DNA of 64,000 bases. Origin: Octopus sinensis. Taxonomy: Eukaryota. Positions within the stretch are counted from its first letter, which is position 1; each line of letters starts with the position of its first letter. The stretch covers positions 48,050,001 to 48,114,000 of the forward strand of contig NC_043010.1 in the NCBI RefSeq assembly GCF_006345805.1. Reading direction: 5' to 3'. The notes beneath the pieces were generated by a model. It worked only from the letters and a program-made list of their open reading frames with translations, searched no databases and was not told the DNA's origin. This document shows positions 22,671 through 34,388 of the stretch, piece after piece. A program made the translations under genes and the position numbers.

Positions 22671-25611
22671 GTTTGTCGTTGTTTAGCAACGGATCGGTCT
22701 CAATCGACCACATGCAGTGCTGTAACGTGGGTATGTTAAATTTTCAAGAAGCCTTTATGTAGTCGCTCCATTTCCTAGAAATAGCAGTCAAATCTCTCTG
22801 AACTTTACTCAGTCAATTTAGAAATGAATATAGCATATAACTCAGTTCTCATTTCCCTTACATAAATTGAAACAAATAATAAGCGTGTCTCGGATTTTCG
22901 TCCAAAACAAACATTTTAGAGCAAATTCTTGACAATCCAGTTCGTTTTAGTGTAAACGTTTTGAACATCTACAAAAAAAATTTCAGTACAACAATAAGCT
23001 CTCCATCCGAGACTATTCTATCTTTATTTTTAAGGAATCAGGCACTTTTTTGAAATTAACAAAAGTGTTACAATCGTTACCAATCCTAACTCTAAATCCC
23101 ACCTTAACCCTAAACCCAAACCTAACCAAACCCCAAACCTTAATCACTAACATATATAATAAATTGTATATAATTTTATTGAACATTATTGATGTAGTTA
23201 AACGCATGCAGAAAACCAAAATGACTCAAACCAACCAAGTATTTGGATTGAAAATGTCTTTCGGACCGTAAACTCCAGGATTCTTAACAATATTTTGCAT
23301 TTTGAATGAAAAAGGCACAGTAATTATTCCTCACTGGCCAAGTGTTTTTAACTCTGGTAAAAATAATTAACTTGCAAAGGCTATGACCACGCAACTGTAA
23401 ATAAATACTATACTGCATGTAGGTAGGAAGTGCGGGGCCCAATTAGAGAATTGTCAGAGGGGCCCCTCTTACTCTACAAAAACTGAAGATTGATGCTTCA
23501 TGCTTCGTGTAGTATGGCAGTCCCAGCCAAAAAGGCGCCGATGGTTTGAGGTTCCACCATTAGCTACAATGATATGAAAATTCACCATAGTGTCCTTTGC
23601 TCGAGTGTATGCGCGGCGCACAATTTGAACAAATCTGTCCAACTGGCTTAAAACCGGCCTTGCTGTGAATAGATAGCAAAAGAAGATTCACTTCAACAAT
23701 TCAAAGATCTTTTCTGTTTGATGGACGGAATTTTCTAACTAACTAAAAAATTTGAAACTTCGTATACTGGCAGAATGTGTCAAAAGAAAACATTATTGTA
23801 AACAAAATTGAAAACAAAATTGTAATTTGTAACTTAAACGTAGTTTAATTTTACGAATTTTAACCAAGTAACTGATGAATGTTTTCGTTAGCTGAACGTA
23901 CTGAGAATGCTTTTATAAACATGGAGAAAGCAAGCAAAAAAAAAACAAAACAAAACAAAAAACAACAACAAACAAACAAAAAAAACGCATTCCATTCAAT
24001 CCTACCCAGTGGGAGCAATGAGCAAGGAGAGCAACCTCTCCCACCGAGCAGTTTTCGAAGTTGGTGCTTTTATAAAATGTATAATCAATTTACTTAAAAA
24101 TTGTTTGGCATGTGTCTCGACGCCCCTCTTTTTTTTATACGTAGTCTGATCAATAAGTATCCGGACTGTTGCTAAACTCTCTTTTACTTGTTTCAGTCAT
24201 TTGACTGTGGCCATGCTAGAGCACCACCTTTGGTCGAGCAAATCGACCCCAGGACTTATTCTTTGTAAGCCTAGTACTTATTCTATCGGTCTGTTTTGCC
24301 GAATCGCTAAGTTACGGGGACGTAAACACACCAGCATCAGTTGTCAAGCGATGTTGGGGGAGGGGACAAACACAGACGCACAAACATATACACACATACA
24401 TATATATAGGACGGGCTTCTTTCAGTTTCCGTCTACCAAATCCACTCACAAGGCTTTGGTTGGCCCGATGCTATAGTATAAGACACTTGCCCAAGGTGCC
24501 ACACAGTGGGACTGAACCCGGAACCATGTAATAAACCCAATCTGTCACGGAATCTTGTTTACCTAAATGGACTCCAGCGATTGGTTAAAATTGCCGAAAT
24601 GCTCGAAATTTCAGACGAAATATCTTACAAACTATAGAATTTTCTCAATAAAGCCAAGAAAAAATAATGTTTTATAAACACATTCTACCAGTATACGAAG
24701 TTTAAAAGTGTTTAGTTAACTAGAAATTATGTTACAAAATGCCGTTCAAAAGGAAAAGATGCCTTTAAGTTCAATAACAAGAGACTATAAAATTTCGTTC
24801 GGCAGAGTTTTTTTTACTGTTTACTACTCAAAAACATTTTTTAAAGTTGGTTGTGGCTCATTTCTTGTAAGCTTTTAATAAAAAATAAATTTATTGCTCA
24901 TTTCTTACTTCTCATCCACAACTAACATATGCAATAGCTACTTACATTGGTAAACTCACACAGCACTATTTAGCGATCCAATCAAACACCTCTGAAGATT
25001 AGTAACTAACCAGAATCTCTCCTGTAATACAATCTGATTTTAACTCCTGAAAGAAATATTGTAATAGGATTTCCTAATACAAAATATCATTTTAGATGTG
25101 CTTTTGCGAACATGTTTATATTTTTCGCATATCATGTGACAAGAAATAAGATGCGTAAAACAAGAGGAAAAGCTTTTGTTTGCACGGAAATAAAATTCAT
25201 GCTGTAAGCAAAATATGTTATCACAAAACATTGCGAACGATGTTTTATTGTTTCCACGGAAGTTTAATCATTTTTGAATGGAGAAATCCGTCTTCTTTGA
25301 GGTAAGACTTAATTAAATGTAAGATCTGTTGCTTCATGGTAGTAGTGAACAAAATATGCAATCAAACTACCGATCACTGGACAACAACGATTTTGTTACT
25401 GAGGTAAAAGCATGCGTTTTAGACTAAATCGAGGATGTTGATTCCGAATCTGCACTCAGAATTGTTCTACCACGTCAGGATTTTGAGTTATGCGCATGCA
25501 CAAAATTATAACTATGGCGATCATTCGGTACTAGTAACATAACTGCCAATTATAAACCCGCGTGGGTTTATTTACATCTCTGAAGAAAAAAAAGAAACCT
25601 TTCCTCCCACC

Positions 25612-25668
25612 CCTAAACCAAACCCTAACCCTAGCCCAAACCCTAACCCTAACCCTAACCCTAACCCC
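25612..25668. repeat. Interstitial telomere-like (CCCTAA)n
   Basis: cccctaaaccaaaccctaaccctagcccaaaccctaaccctaaccctaaccctaacccc, inside a MITE-like repeat. Confidence 0.75.
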
Positions 25669-27285
25669 ACATATATAAAAAGAAAATATTTTACGGAAAG
25701 TGACGATCTTCTTCAAATGTAAACAAATAGACGTAATGTAAACGATACTCATATCGAAAGAATGCCCAGCAATAAAACAAACGATGAGCAAGTTCATTAT
25801 TTAGTTTATCGATAGATGGCGTTGACGTATTGTGTGCAAGCGCCAAATACGTCAGTTTGTTCTTTGTAACTCTCAGTGTCGTTTGCGCTGCCGTCACGTG
25901 TGGTGTGTGTATCTCTCGCTCTGCGTGATTACTGTTTTAACTGTGTCCATTGTGTTAGATCACTAAGTCAAAAGTACTGAATGGATCTTTATGAAATTTG
26001 GAAATTATATTCTATGCATAAGGACAGATGTAATGCAGTATATGTTTGAAAGTGAGGGGGCATAAATGTGGCCATAATCCCCATGAAAATTCATATATTT
26101 TTGCTGTTGATGAAATTTTAACCATAGATATTAGACACAAATGAAGTAATATTCCTAAAATTTCAACTTCTTAGGAGTTAGTAAAACCCCTTAATGGGGG
26201 CTTAACCCACACAGTTTAGTCATTTTTCTTAAGCCCAGACGAATACAATTGTAGTCTTGGAAGCTGTAGAGTCACCTGAGCATACAAGTTGAGCATTATT
26301 TATAATTCAATGGTACAACAATGTAAGAGTTTGCTTTGAGATATACTTAGATTGTGATTTCTACAATGTGGTGCATAAATTGTCAAGTAAAGCAGAGGCA
26401 TCTTTGCCTCCATTGATTGAGTTGCAAAGTGTTATTTTGAGTAAAGTTATTTGGTTGCAGACCTCCTTTGAGTCTTTTTATTATCACTGAGTCAGAGATA
26501 GTCCCCAGATGGTAACATTGATTTCAAGGCCTTTCCAGATAAGTGATTGGTCATTCAAAGAGATTTATAGATTGCAAATTTATTCTGTTCAGTTACCTAT
26601 CGGTATAGTGATCACTGGCAAACTCCAGAGGTGGTACTTTCATTTCTTCTTAGTCCTCATGTCACACAGTTGTTAATGTTTATTTGAGTTGGGTCACGCC
26701 CTTCCAATTGCTATAGATCCGTAATGCATCTTACAGCAGTGCCTGTCACCTGTATGGTTAGGAATCCTACATTGAGGAGTGGTAACGACTAGGGTAGGGT
26801 AGCTGACTGCTTATTGTGATAATTTGTCTTTTGGTTTCCTGTAGCTTTGCTCTCTTTTACAAACCCAGTGAACATTCATATATTTCCAATTTCAAAGAAA
26901 TTTGAATAAGACCCAAGTTAAAAAAGACTCCCAACAATTCATCTTCTCTGGTTGACTTTAAGACCCTCCCCCCAATAGGGGCCTTAATTCCCACATTTTA
27001 GTGCTTCATGTGCTCCATTTTTCAGGAGCAAAAACTTTTGAATAGGTTTTATAAAATTTGGATTTTGGAATCTAGGCATAAAGATGAGTAGTATGGGATA
27101 AATATGTCATGATTAGAATTTTTGTTACGGTGGGTAAAGAGGGAAAGAACCCTCATTAAAATTCTTAATTCTCCAATTTTGATGAAATTTGAATCATAGG
27201 TATTCCACTTCATTAGAGAAAATATAAAAGAAAAATCTAATTCTTCAATTCCATGTGACAAGGGCAAATCTGGGTATCTCTGTTA

Positions 27286-27330
<45 letters not shown>

Positions 27331-27499
27331 CGCAGGAGTGGCTGTGTGGTAAGTAGCTTGCTAACCAACCACATGGTTCCGGGTTCAGTCCCACTGCGTG
27401 GTATCTTGGGCAAGTGTCTTCTGCTATAGCCCCGGGCTGACCAATGCCTTGTGAGTGGATTTGGTAGACGGAAACTGAAAGAAGCCTGTCGTATATATG

Positions 27500-27530
<31 letters not shown>

Positions 27531-27698
27531 CTGTATTTGTCCCCCTAGCGTTTATGTCCCCGTCACTTAGCGGTTCGGCAAAAGAGACCGATAGAATAAG
27601 TACTGGGCTTACAAAGAATAAGTCCCGGGGTCGATTTGCTCGACTAAAGGCGGTGCTCCAGCATGGCCGCAGTCAAATGACTGAAACAAGTAAAAGAG

Positions 27699-27763
<65 letters not shown>

Positions 27764-27891
27764 ATATTTCTGAAGAAGAGCTTTGCTCGAAACGTTAAAT
27801 CCTCTTTCTTTCCTTTCCTGAGCGTCTGAAAATAAAGTACTTGTACCATGTCCTCGCGTTGTTATTTTTTCTTGTTCTTCTTTGTTTGGAT

Positions 27892-27897
<6 letters not shown>
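27764..27897 (+). mobile_element. Penelope-like element terminal fragment with a minimal hammerhead motif
   Basis: attt CTGAAGA A GAGC TTT GCTC GAA ACGT T aaat, inserted in (TA)n. This is the minimal hammerhead form known from Penelope-like elements. Confidence 0.55.
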
Positions 27898-27938
<41 letters not shown>

Positions 27939-27992
27939 CTATAATGGGCCAGAATGAAAATTTACAGCAAAGAAATAGGAGTTAGTGCTTAC

Positions 27993-28190
27993 CTTGAGGA
28001 CAATAAACATCGTAGGGATGTCGACAGGTCAGATCTTCCTGAGACCAATAAAGGCCGTTTGGACATTCTTTTACAGAAGCCATTACTGTGCGATTGTCGC
28101 CACTTTGGGAACAGTGAACAAAAACATCACAGCGAAGTGGGTGGGAATAATACCCAGCACCTGTATTTACAATACATGCTTCACAAAATC
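27993..28190 (-). CDS. Pif-like gene exon 2: chitin-binding peritrophin-A (ChtBD2) module
   Basis: 198 nt, phase 1-1, ttattttcag|GA...CAAG|gtaagc. Encodes FCEACIVNTGAGYYSHPLRCDVFVHC...VKECPNGLYWSQEDLTCRHPYDVYCPQ, with the ChtBD2 Cys/aromatic spacing typical of Pif-family proteins. Confidence 0.9.
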
Positions 28191-29196
28191 CTGAAAATAA
28201 ACAACATGACATTATTACAATGGACTTATATGAAATAATCGTTTCTACTAGAAGCTCAGGCCTGAGATTCTGGAGAAGGAAGATAGTTGATTACACTGAT
28301 CTCAATGAGCGACAGGTATTTGCTTTGTAGACCCTGATCTCGGCAGAATTTGAACTCAGAACGTGAAGATGGATGAAATGCCGCTAAGCATTTTGTCCAG
28401 CGTACTAATGATTCTGCCAGCTCACTGTCTTATGCAAAATAATTCTTTCTAATTTTGGTACAAGTCTAGCAATTTTTAGAAATGAAACAAGTCGTTTACA
28501 TCGATCCAAGTGCTCAACTGGTATTTATTTTATCGACCCCATAAGGATGTAAAACAACATTAACTTCAGTGGCATTTGAACTAAGGACGTAAAAAACCCG
28601 GAAGAAATGGGCTAAGTATTTTTGCCTGGCACTGTAACAATTCTGCCAGTTTTCTGCCTTTTATATTAAACAAATAATAAAAAGGAATCTTTATACACTT
28701 GAAATTTAATTATCATGCAACAGAATGCGTCTTTTCTTCTGAGAAACCTCTGGAATAATAATAATAATAATAAAAACAAAAAGTCGAAGCTATATTTTGT
28801 TACCAACTGAATCGTTGCCATAGCACCGATGACATTTATTTTCGCCGAGCGCAACGCATTATGGTGTAGCCTGTCTCTTTCAAAATATACTTATGCAAAT
28901 ATTTATGTTCAATCCTTCAAGCCATTGCTGAATCATAGAGACTATAATTTGCTAAGTATGAAACAGACCATAACCTGGAACTCTATTGTACTGATTAGTT
29001 GGGGTACTAATGAAAATACACTAGCAGATCGATTATCTGGCAAGCTTGGGACCAGCAGTGTCCCAGATTCCTGAATTTTCCCAAAGACAATCTAAAATAT
29101 AAACTTAAGATATTAAAATAAATTGTGAAAAGTAAAGAAATAGATTGTATTAAAAGGATTCAAATTAATATTTCTAAAATATATAATACTGTACTA

Positions 29197-30299
29197 CGAG
29201 GGGTGTTCATTAAAGATTTCCCCCGACCCACTTCCCAAAAACTGGGATAAACGAAACTTGGCATAATTATTAGTCCTTCTCTACATGGCTACTACCAATG
29301 GTGACACATTTCTCCCATCGCTTTATGCAGCTGTGAAGACCCTCATCTGTAGATGTTGGTAGATTGTGTCTGAAGCCAAGACTTTATCTCGGAAATAAGT
29401 TCATCATCACCCGAAAAGTGCTTCCCCTTCAAAAAAGACTTCATGGTTGAAAAGCGGTGGCAGTCAGATGGTGTGAGGTTGGGCGAGTAAGGGGGATGAG
29501 GAAGGATTTCATAGCCGCCGGAGTGTACTTTCATCTGGGCAACATGCGCATTGTGAACTGGGGTGTTGTCTTGGAGAAGGTGGACTCCTTTGGTCAGCAT
29601 ACCACGCCTCTCTGCTTTGATGACTTTCCGCAATTTCTGCTGCAGTGAAGCATAATATTCTTCATTAATTATGATGCCCTTTGCCAGAAAATCTATCATC
29701 ACTACTCTGTGCTGGTCCCAAAAGACTGTGAGCATCATCTTGCTTGCTGAGATGGTGAGATCATGTTTCCATTGCTTCTACTGGATTTTAGTCTCAGGAT
29801 CATAGTGATGGACCATGTTTCATTCTGCGTGATAAGTCTACCGAAAAAGTGCTCTTTGTTTTCTTGGCACAATGGAAGCAATTGACTCGTTCCTGCTTCT
29901 GAAAAGGTGTGAGCATTCGGGGAATCCATCATGCAGACAACTTCTACATGTGCAAATGGTCGTGAATGATGTTTTCCACGGACCCTATACTTATCTTCGC
30001 TTATTGGGTTAGTTGCCGAATAGTTATGGGGCGATCCTCCAAAATGATGGCTTCCATTTTATGGATGGTGTCGTCATCAATAACAGAATGTGGTCGTCAA
30101 GGAATAGGAGCAGTTTCCAGCGATGTCCGACCACATTTGAACTGGCGATACCAGTGCTTGACTACGTCGTATGATGGTGCGTCGTCACTATAAACTTCTT
30201 TCATCTCATTGAAAGTTTGTTTTGGTGTATGACCTTTCATGTATAAGAACCTGATCACTGATCTGTTTTAGTCGCTTTTTCCTAAAGTTTTATTTGGGA
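29197..30299 (-). mobile_element. Near full-length degenerate mariner (DD34D) transposon
   Basis: TA|CGAGGGG terminal repeat at 29195. Frameshifted transposase with SVIRFLYMKG...WYRQFKCGR, MLTVFWD, LLQDNTPVH and LPHPPYSPNLTPSD motifs. Confidence 0.9.
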
Positions 30300-30668
30300 C
30301 TAGCAGTATCGCCCGGCGTTGCTCAGGTTTGTAAGGGAAATAACTATAAAGCATTTTTAGAGAGTTATAGCCAAAAAATAGCAAAAAAATGGAAAAAAAA
30401 TGATGGTAAATTTTTTTGAGAGTTAAAAAAGGTCGAGTTGCGCCCCCTAGACAGTCTGTGGTTTGTGTTTCTGTCGAATTTATCGATTTTTTTCAGAACT
30501 GGGGGAACTTTTCAAAATTTTCACTGCGTTAGTTTTGAATTATGACATTGGGCTATGTGTGTGTCAAGTTTCATCAGAATCGGTTGAAAGCCGTGGTCAG
30601 GGTGAGGGTACAACCAAACAGACACACAGAAACACACACAGACAAACTGCCGTTTATATAGAGAGAGA
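30300..30668 (-). mobile_element. Non-autonomous Helitron nested in a mariner relic
   Basis: On the minus strand A|TC...cctgagcaacgccgggcgatactgCTAG|T; same 3' end as the 18-19 kb family. Confidence 0.8.
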
Positions 30669-31661
30669 TAATAGTAAACGGATATTAAACCATAAGATTT
30701 GAAGACGGCCGTGGAGCTTACCACATGAAATTTTTGAAACAATAGAAAGAAAATTACTTAAGTGAAATTAACAATTAACCAAATTATTCTGATTATTTTT
30801 CAATTGGAATCACTGTATAATAACGATGATTTGTTATCTCAACACTTTTCTGTTTCATGACTTGTTCCCATTAAGAAAGTTTCAACTATTCTTGACAGGA
30901 AGTAGTGAAATCTATGACTAAGGAGTGTGTATGTGTATTGGAATGTAACTGCTTTAGGATTGCCTGACAGAGAGGACAACCTGTCTCAATTGATATTGTT
31001 ATTAATTTGTGATTTCAAAAGGGCTAGTTTTGAAAATAAATAAATAAAAATCTCACAAAAACATGAGGTAAAAAAATGAAAGTTTTCAGCAGAAAGATTT
31101 AGAGAATAATGATACGTTAGAATCAGTTTATAAACTTGATACTAAGTCAAAGGATGAAGCTTTGGCCAACATGACTTTTCATCTGGGATAGGAGAACCAG
31201 TAAACAAAGAGAGGCTATATATGCCACACCACCTGCTGAAAAGTATTACCTCTCGAGAGCCCTTGAGTCAACGGTGGTTTCCCTAACATTGTCAGATAAA
31301 GGTAGTACCTGGTGGATAAACTCTTTTGTCAAGTGGAATCGCAATAATGTAGCTCACTGCACAGAAACCATCACTCACTGTTGCAATAGCTTTGTGTTGT
31401 GAAACCTAGATACTGGGAGCGAAGATAGTGTGGATGTGATTACTACATAAACAATTTTTGAGGAGTATTTTTCCCCCCATTCGTTATGATTTTTTCGTGC
31501 TGTTTCTTTTGTTTTCTTTTCTGTTTGCTGTTTCCTTTCTTTTCTGAAAATCACAAGTCCACAAACGACGAGGAAGGAGTTGGTGTACTGTAAAAAAACT
31601 CTAGTCCAGAACATATACGTTGGTGGTGGATGCATGATAGTCACTTATTATTCGATTGAAA

Positions 31662-32056
31662 TCTATATATATATAAAGCTGAAGTTGTCTGTGTGTGTGG
31701 CAGGTTTGGTAGCCTTCAACTAACACCATCTCCTCTGAGATCCTGCGGCGCAAGTTGACCAAAATTAAGAGTATGATAGAAGAAGGCTTGCTCTTCATTC
31801 CGTAGAAGATAAAATTCAAATTGGACCATGTTAACACCAAAAATTATTTACATCAAAAAGGTGGTTTTTTTCTATGAAAATCCCCATTTTTTAACGATTT
31901 TTTGACTGCTGTGTTGCCATTTTTCAGTGTATTTCAACCAGAAAAATGTTCACTTAAAGAGAATAACAAGCTACATAATGCAAAAGTTTTACTTTTCAAA
32001 AATTCCAATTCTAAAGGGTCGAAACAAACCCAAGCAACGCCGGGCAATACTGCTAG
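31662..32056 (+). mobile_element. Non-autonomous Helitron
   Basis: A|TC...ccaagcaacgccgggcaatactgCTAG|T, i.e. an A-T target with no TSD. Confidence 0.8.
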
Positions 32057-32779
32057 TATTAAATATTCTCGAGAGATATATGAAATGTCTGATCAGATGT
32101 ACATAGGAACAGCATCGCTTAGATCATGTTGAGAAAGGGATAGAGATGGTTCCTTAAACATCGCATGCTTCAACTTTGTCTGACTGAGAACTCGTATCCA
32201 GGAGATCATCCATTTGTCATCATGTTTGTCCGTCGGGGCGACGAGGACCATGTAATCATTCTTAATGATGACTTTGTTTAAAGTGAAGAAGAGTTGTGCA
32301 CCGTCGACTTCACTCCGTTGTCCACGACCATGTTCATTCCAGTGGCAAGACCAAGTCGATACGACTGGGGATGGAGACAGATGTTGTAGATAACTAAGAT
32401 GTCTTACTTGCCTCATCTTGCTCTCTACACTCCATAATGCATTGCTGCAGCTCCCTTTCCCCTCCATTGAACCATGAAGGTTTCTTCCACCGAATCTACT
32501 ATGATCCAGTCTTCACATGCATAATTAAGCAAGCTCTAATACTTTAATTAACCCATAACTGGGACCCTGATAGGTGCTACTACTCCGGGTCAGAGTATAT
32601 CTGGAAGCAATAGGGGCTCAAAACCATGAAGCACTCGAACCAGAGCCCCACTATTGGATGCGGTTTTGTTGCTGTGTATCCATTTATATACACAACAACG
32701 AAACAAAAACAAGACTACTCTTATCTTTGAGAACTTAGAAACCTGAGGACGTTTCTGGACCTCAAAATTCCCGAGTGAC

Positions 32780-33360
32780 TTGAATGATGTATAACTTGTT
32801 GCTCGAGTTACTTCAAAATTTCTATGTAGACATTGTAGCACTTAACGAAACCAGAATAGTTGGCGAGGGTAATCAAACTGAGAAATTTGAAAGAAGACAA
32901 ACTGTTGAACCACAAATAAACGGTGTTTATTTCAGCATAAAAACAACTTTGGTAAAGAAATTCAGTATTTAACCAATCTTTGTAAGCGAATGTTTTATTA
33001 CTCTTTGAATTCTTCAGTCACCCACTTGATAGCATCCTAAGAAGGTCTTTTATACTTCCCAGTATCATGATCATTTGTAGCATATGAATTGAGGATTTGC
33101 ATTCTCTCCCCAAGATCCCAATTTCAGCCATACTTTGCTCCAGACGGGTTGGTATGTACCCTGTTGCTCATGTAGCATATGAATTAAGGATTTGCATTCT
33201 CTCCCCAAGATCCCAATTTCAGCCATACTTTGCTCCAGACGGGTTGGTATGTACCCTGTTGCTCATGTAGCATATGAATTAAGGATTTGCATTCTCTCCC
33301 CAAGGTTCCAATTTTTGCCATACTTTGCTCCAGACGGGTTGGTATGTACCCTGTTGCTCA
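32780..33360. mobile_element. Scrambled LINE relic: APE endonuclease on +, probable RT piece on - amplified as 3 x 95 bp
   Basis: + strand LLQNFYVDIVALNETRIVGEG (APE motif). Units start at 33076, 33171 and 33266. Confidence 0.5.
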
Positions 33361-33511
33361 TGTATGTATGTATGTGTATGTATGTATGTATGTATGTATG
33401 TATGTATGTATGTATGTATGTATGTATGTATGTATGTATGTATGCGTATGTGCACGTGTGCGTGTATGAACGAATGTATGTAAATATATAGGTAGGAATT
33501 TAGGTACTTAC

Positions 33512-33632
33512 GGTCAAGGTCTGTATCCATGGTACTTTGGCTCGAAGCAAACGTCACTAGAGTTAAAATGCCCAACAGAACAATTTTCCATGAACGGTGC
33601 ATACTTTTCTGGTAGTTCGGTAGATTTTCCAT
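33512..33632 (-). CDS. Pif/BMSP/LamG3-like gene, coding exon 1 (signal peptide)
   Basis: Encodes MENLPNYQKSMHRSWKIVLLGILTLVTFASSQSTMDTDLD: basic n-region, hydrophobic core and small-residue cleavage site (ASS|Q). Acceptor ...ttaaaacacag|CTATG lies just upstream (exon starts 33634) and donor gtaagt starts at 33511, phase 1. M11 is an alternative start. Confidence 0.8.
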
Positions 33633-33953
33633 AGCTGTGTTTTAAGACAATAATACAAAAAGGGAGAAATCAGTTTCTTAATGGTCTTCAGGTATGTATC
33701 ATCTTTATATATAGTCGTTGTTGAATATGTAGAGACTGTTGATTGGTAAGATATGTTTAAAGATCGTTGGTCTGTCTCAATAGAAAATCTTCGTCAACAA
33801 GGAATAACCACACGCACACACACACACAGACACACAAAAGGACATGGAAAGAATTTTTCGCTTCAAAATTAAATCTCATATGTGAACACCATCGTAAACA
33901 ATGACTGGACTGTTTCCCTTTAAATTTTTATTCTTTTACATTTTGTCTGTCTG

Positions 33954-34130
<177 letters not shown>

Positions 34131-34368
34131 TTTCATTTTATGAGACATTTCTTCTTCTTCTTCTTCTTCTTCTTCATATTTGTTTTATTTATTTAGTAGT
34201 GTGTCCTGTTTGGTCGTTCTCAAATCCCTTCATTGCCAGTGCCTCTGTAAAAAGGTAAAAAAAAGAGCAAAAAATCCCCGACGAAACAACTCCTCTCTCT
34301 CTCTCTATCTGTGTGTGTGTATATGTATTGATGTATATATATATATATATATTACCATCACCACTTAC

Positions 34369-34388
34369 ATCAACAAGAACCACTTTCC
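34369..34388 (-). other. Candidate 20-nt 5'UTR microexon of the Pif-like gene
   Basis: ttttcttctttttctttcttctttcttttctttttttag|GGAAAGTGGTTCTTGTTGAT|gtaagt. An in-frame TGA relative to the ATG makes it non-coding. Confidence 0.45.

Noticed and set aside
22862-22969. Open frame between tttttttgtag and gtaagg
   Set aside because: Phase 2 start is incompatible with neighbouring exons, and the sequence appears to belong to a dispersed repeat.
23472-23662. Open phase-1 frame between an AG and gtaaga in intron 2
   Set aside because: Ends in phase 2, has no family resemblance, and its ends look like ggccggttttaagcc/ggggccc MITE termini.
33076-33360. Regular 95-bp repeats (also the 98-bp and ~511-bp arrays) as a CRISPR-like array
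   Set aside because: Head-to-tail units with no unique spacers, in a eukaryotic context, with no cas genes.
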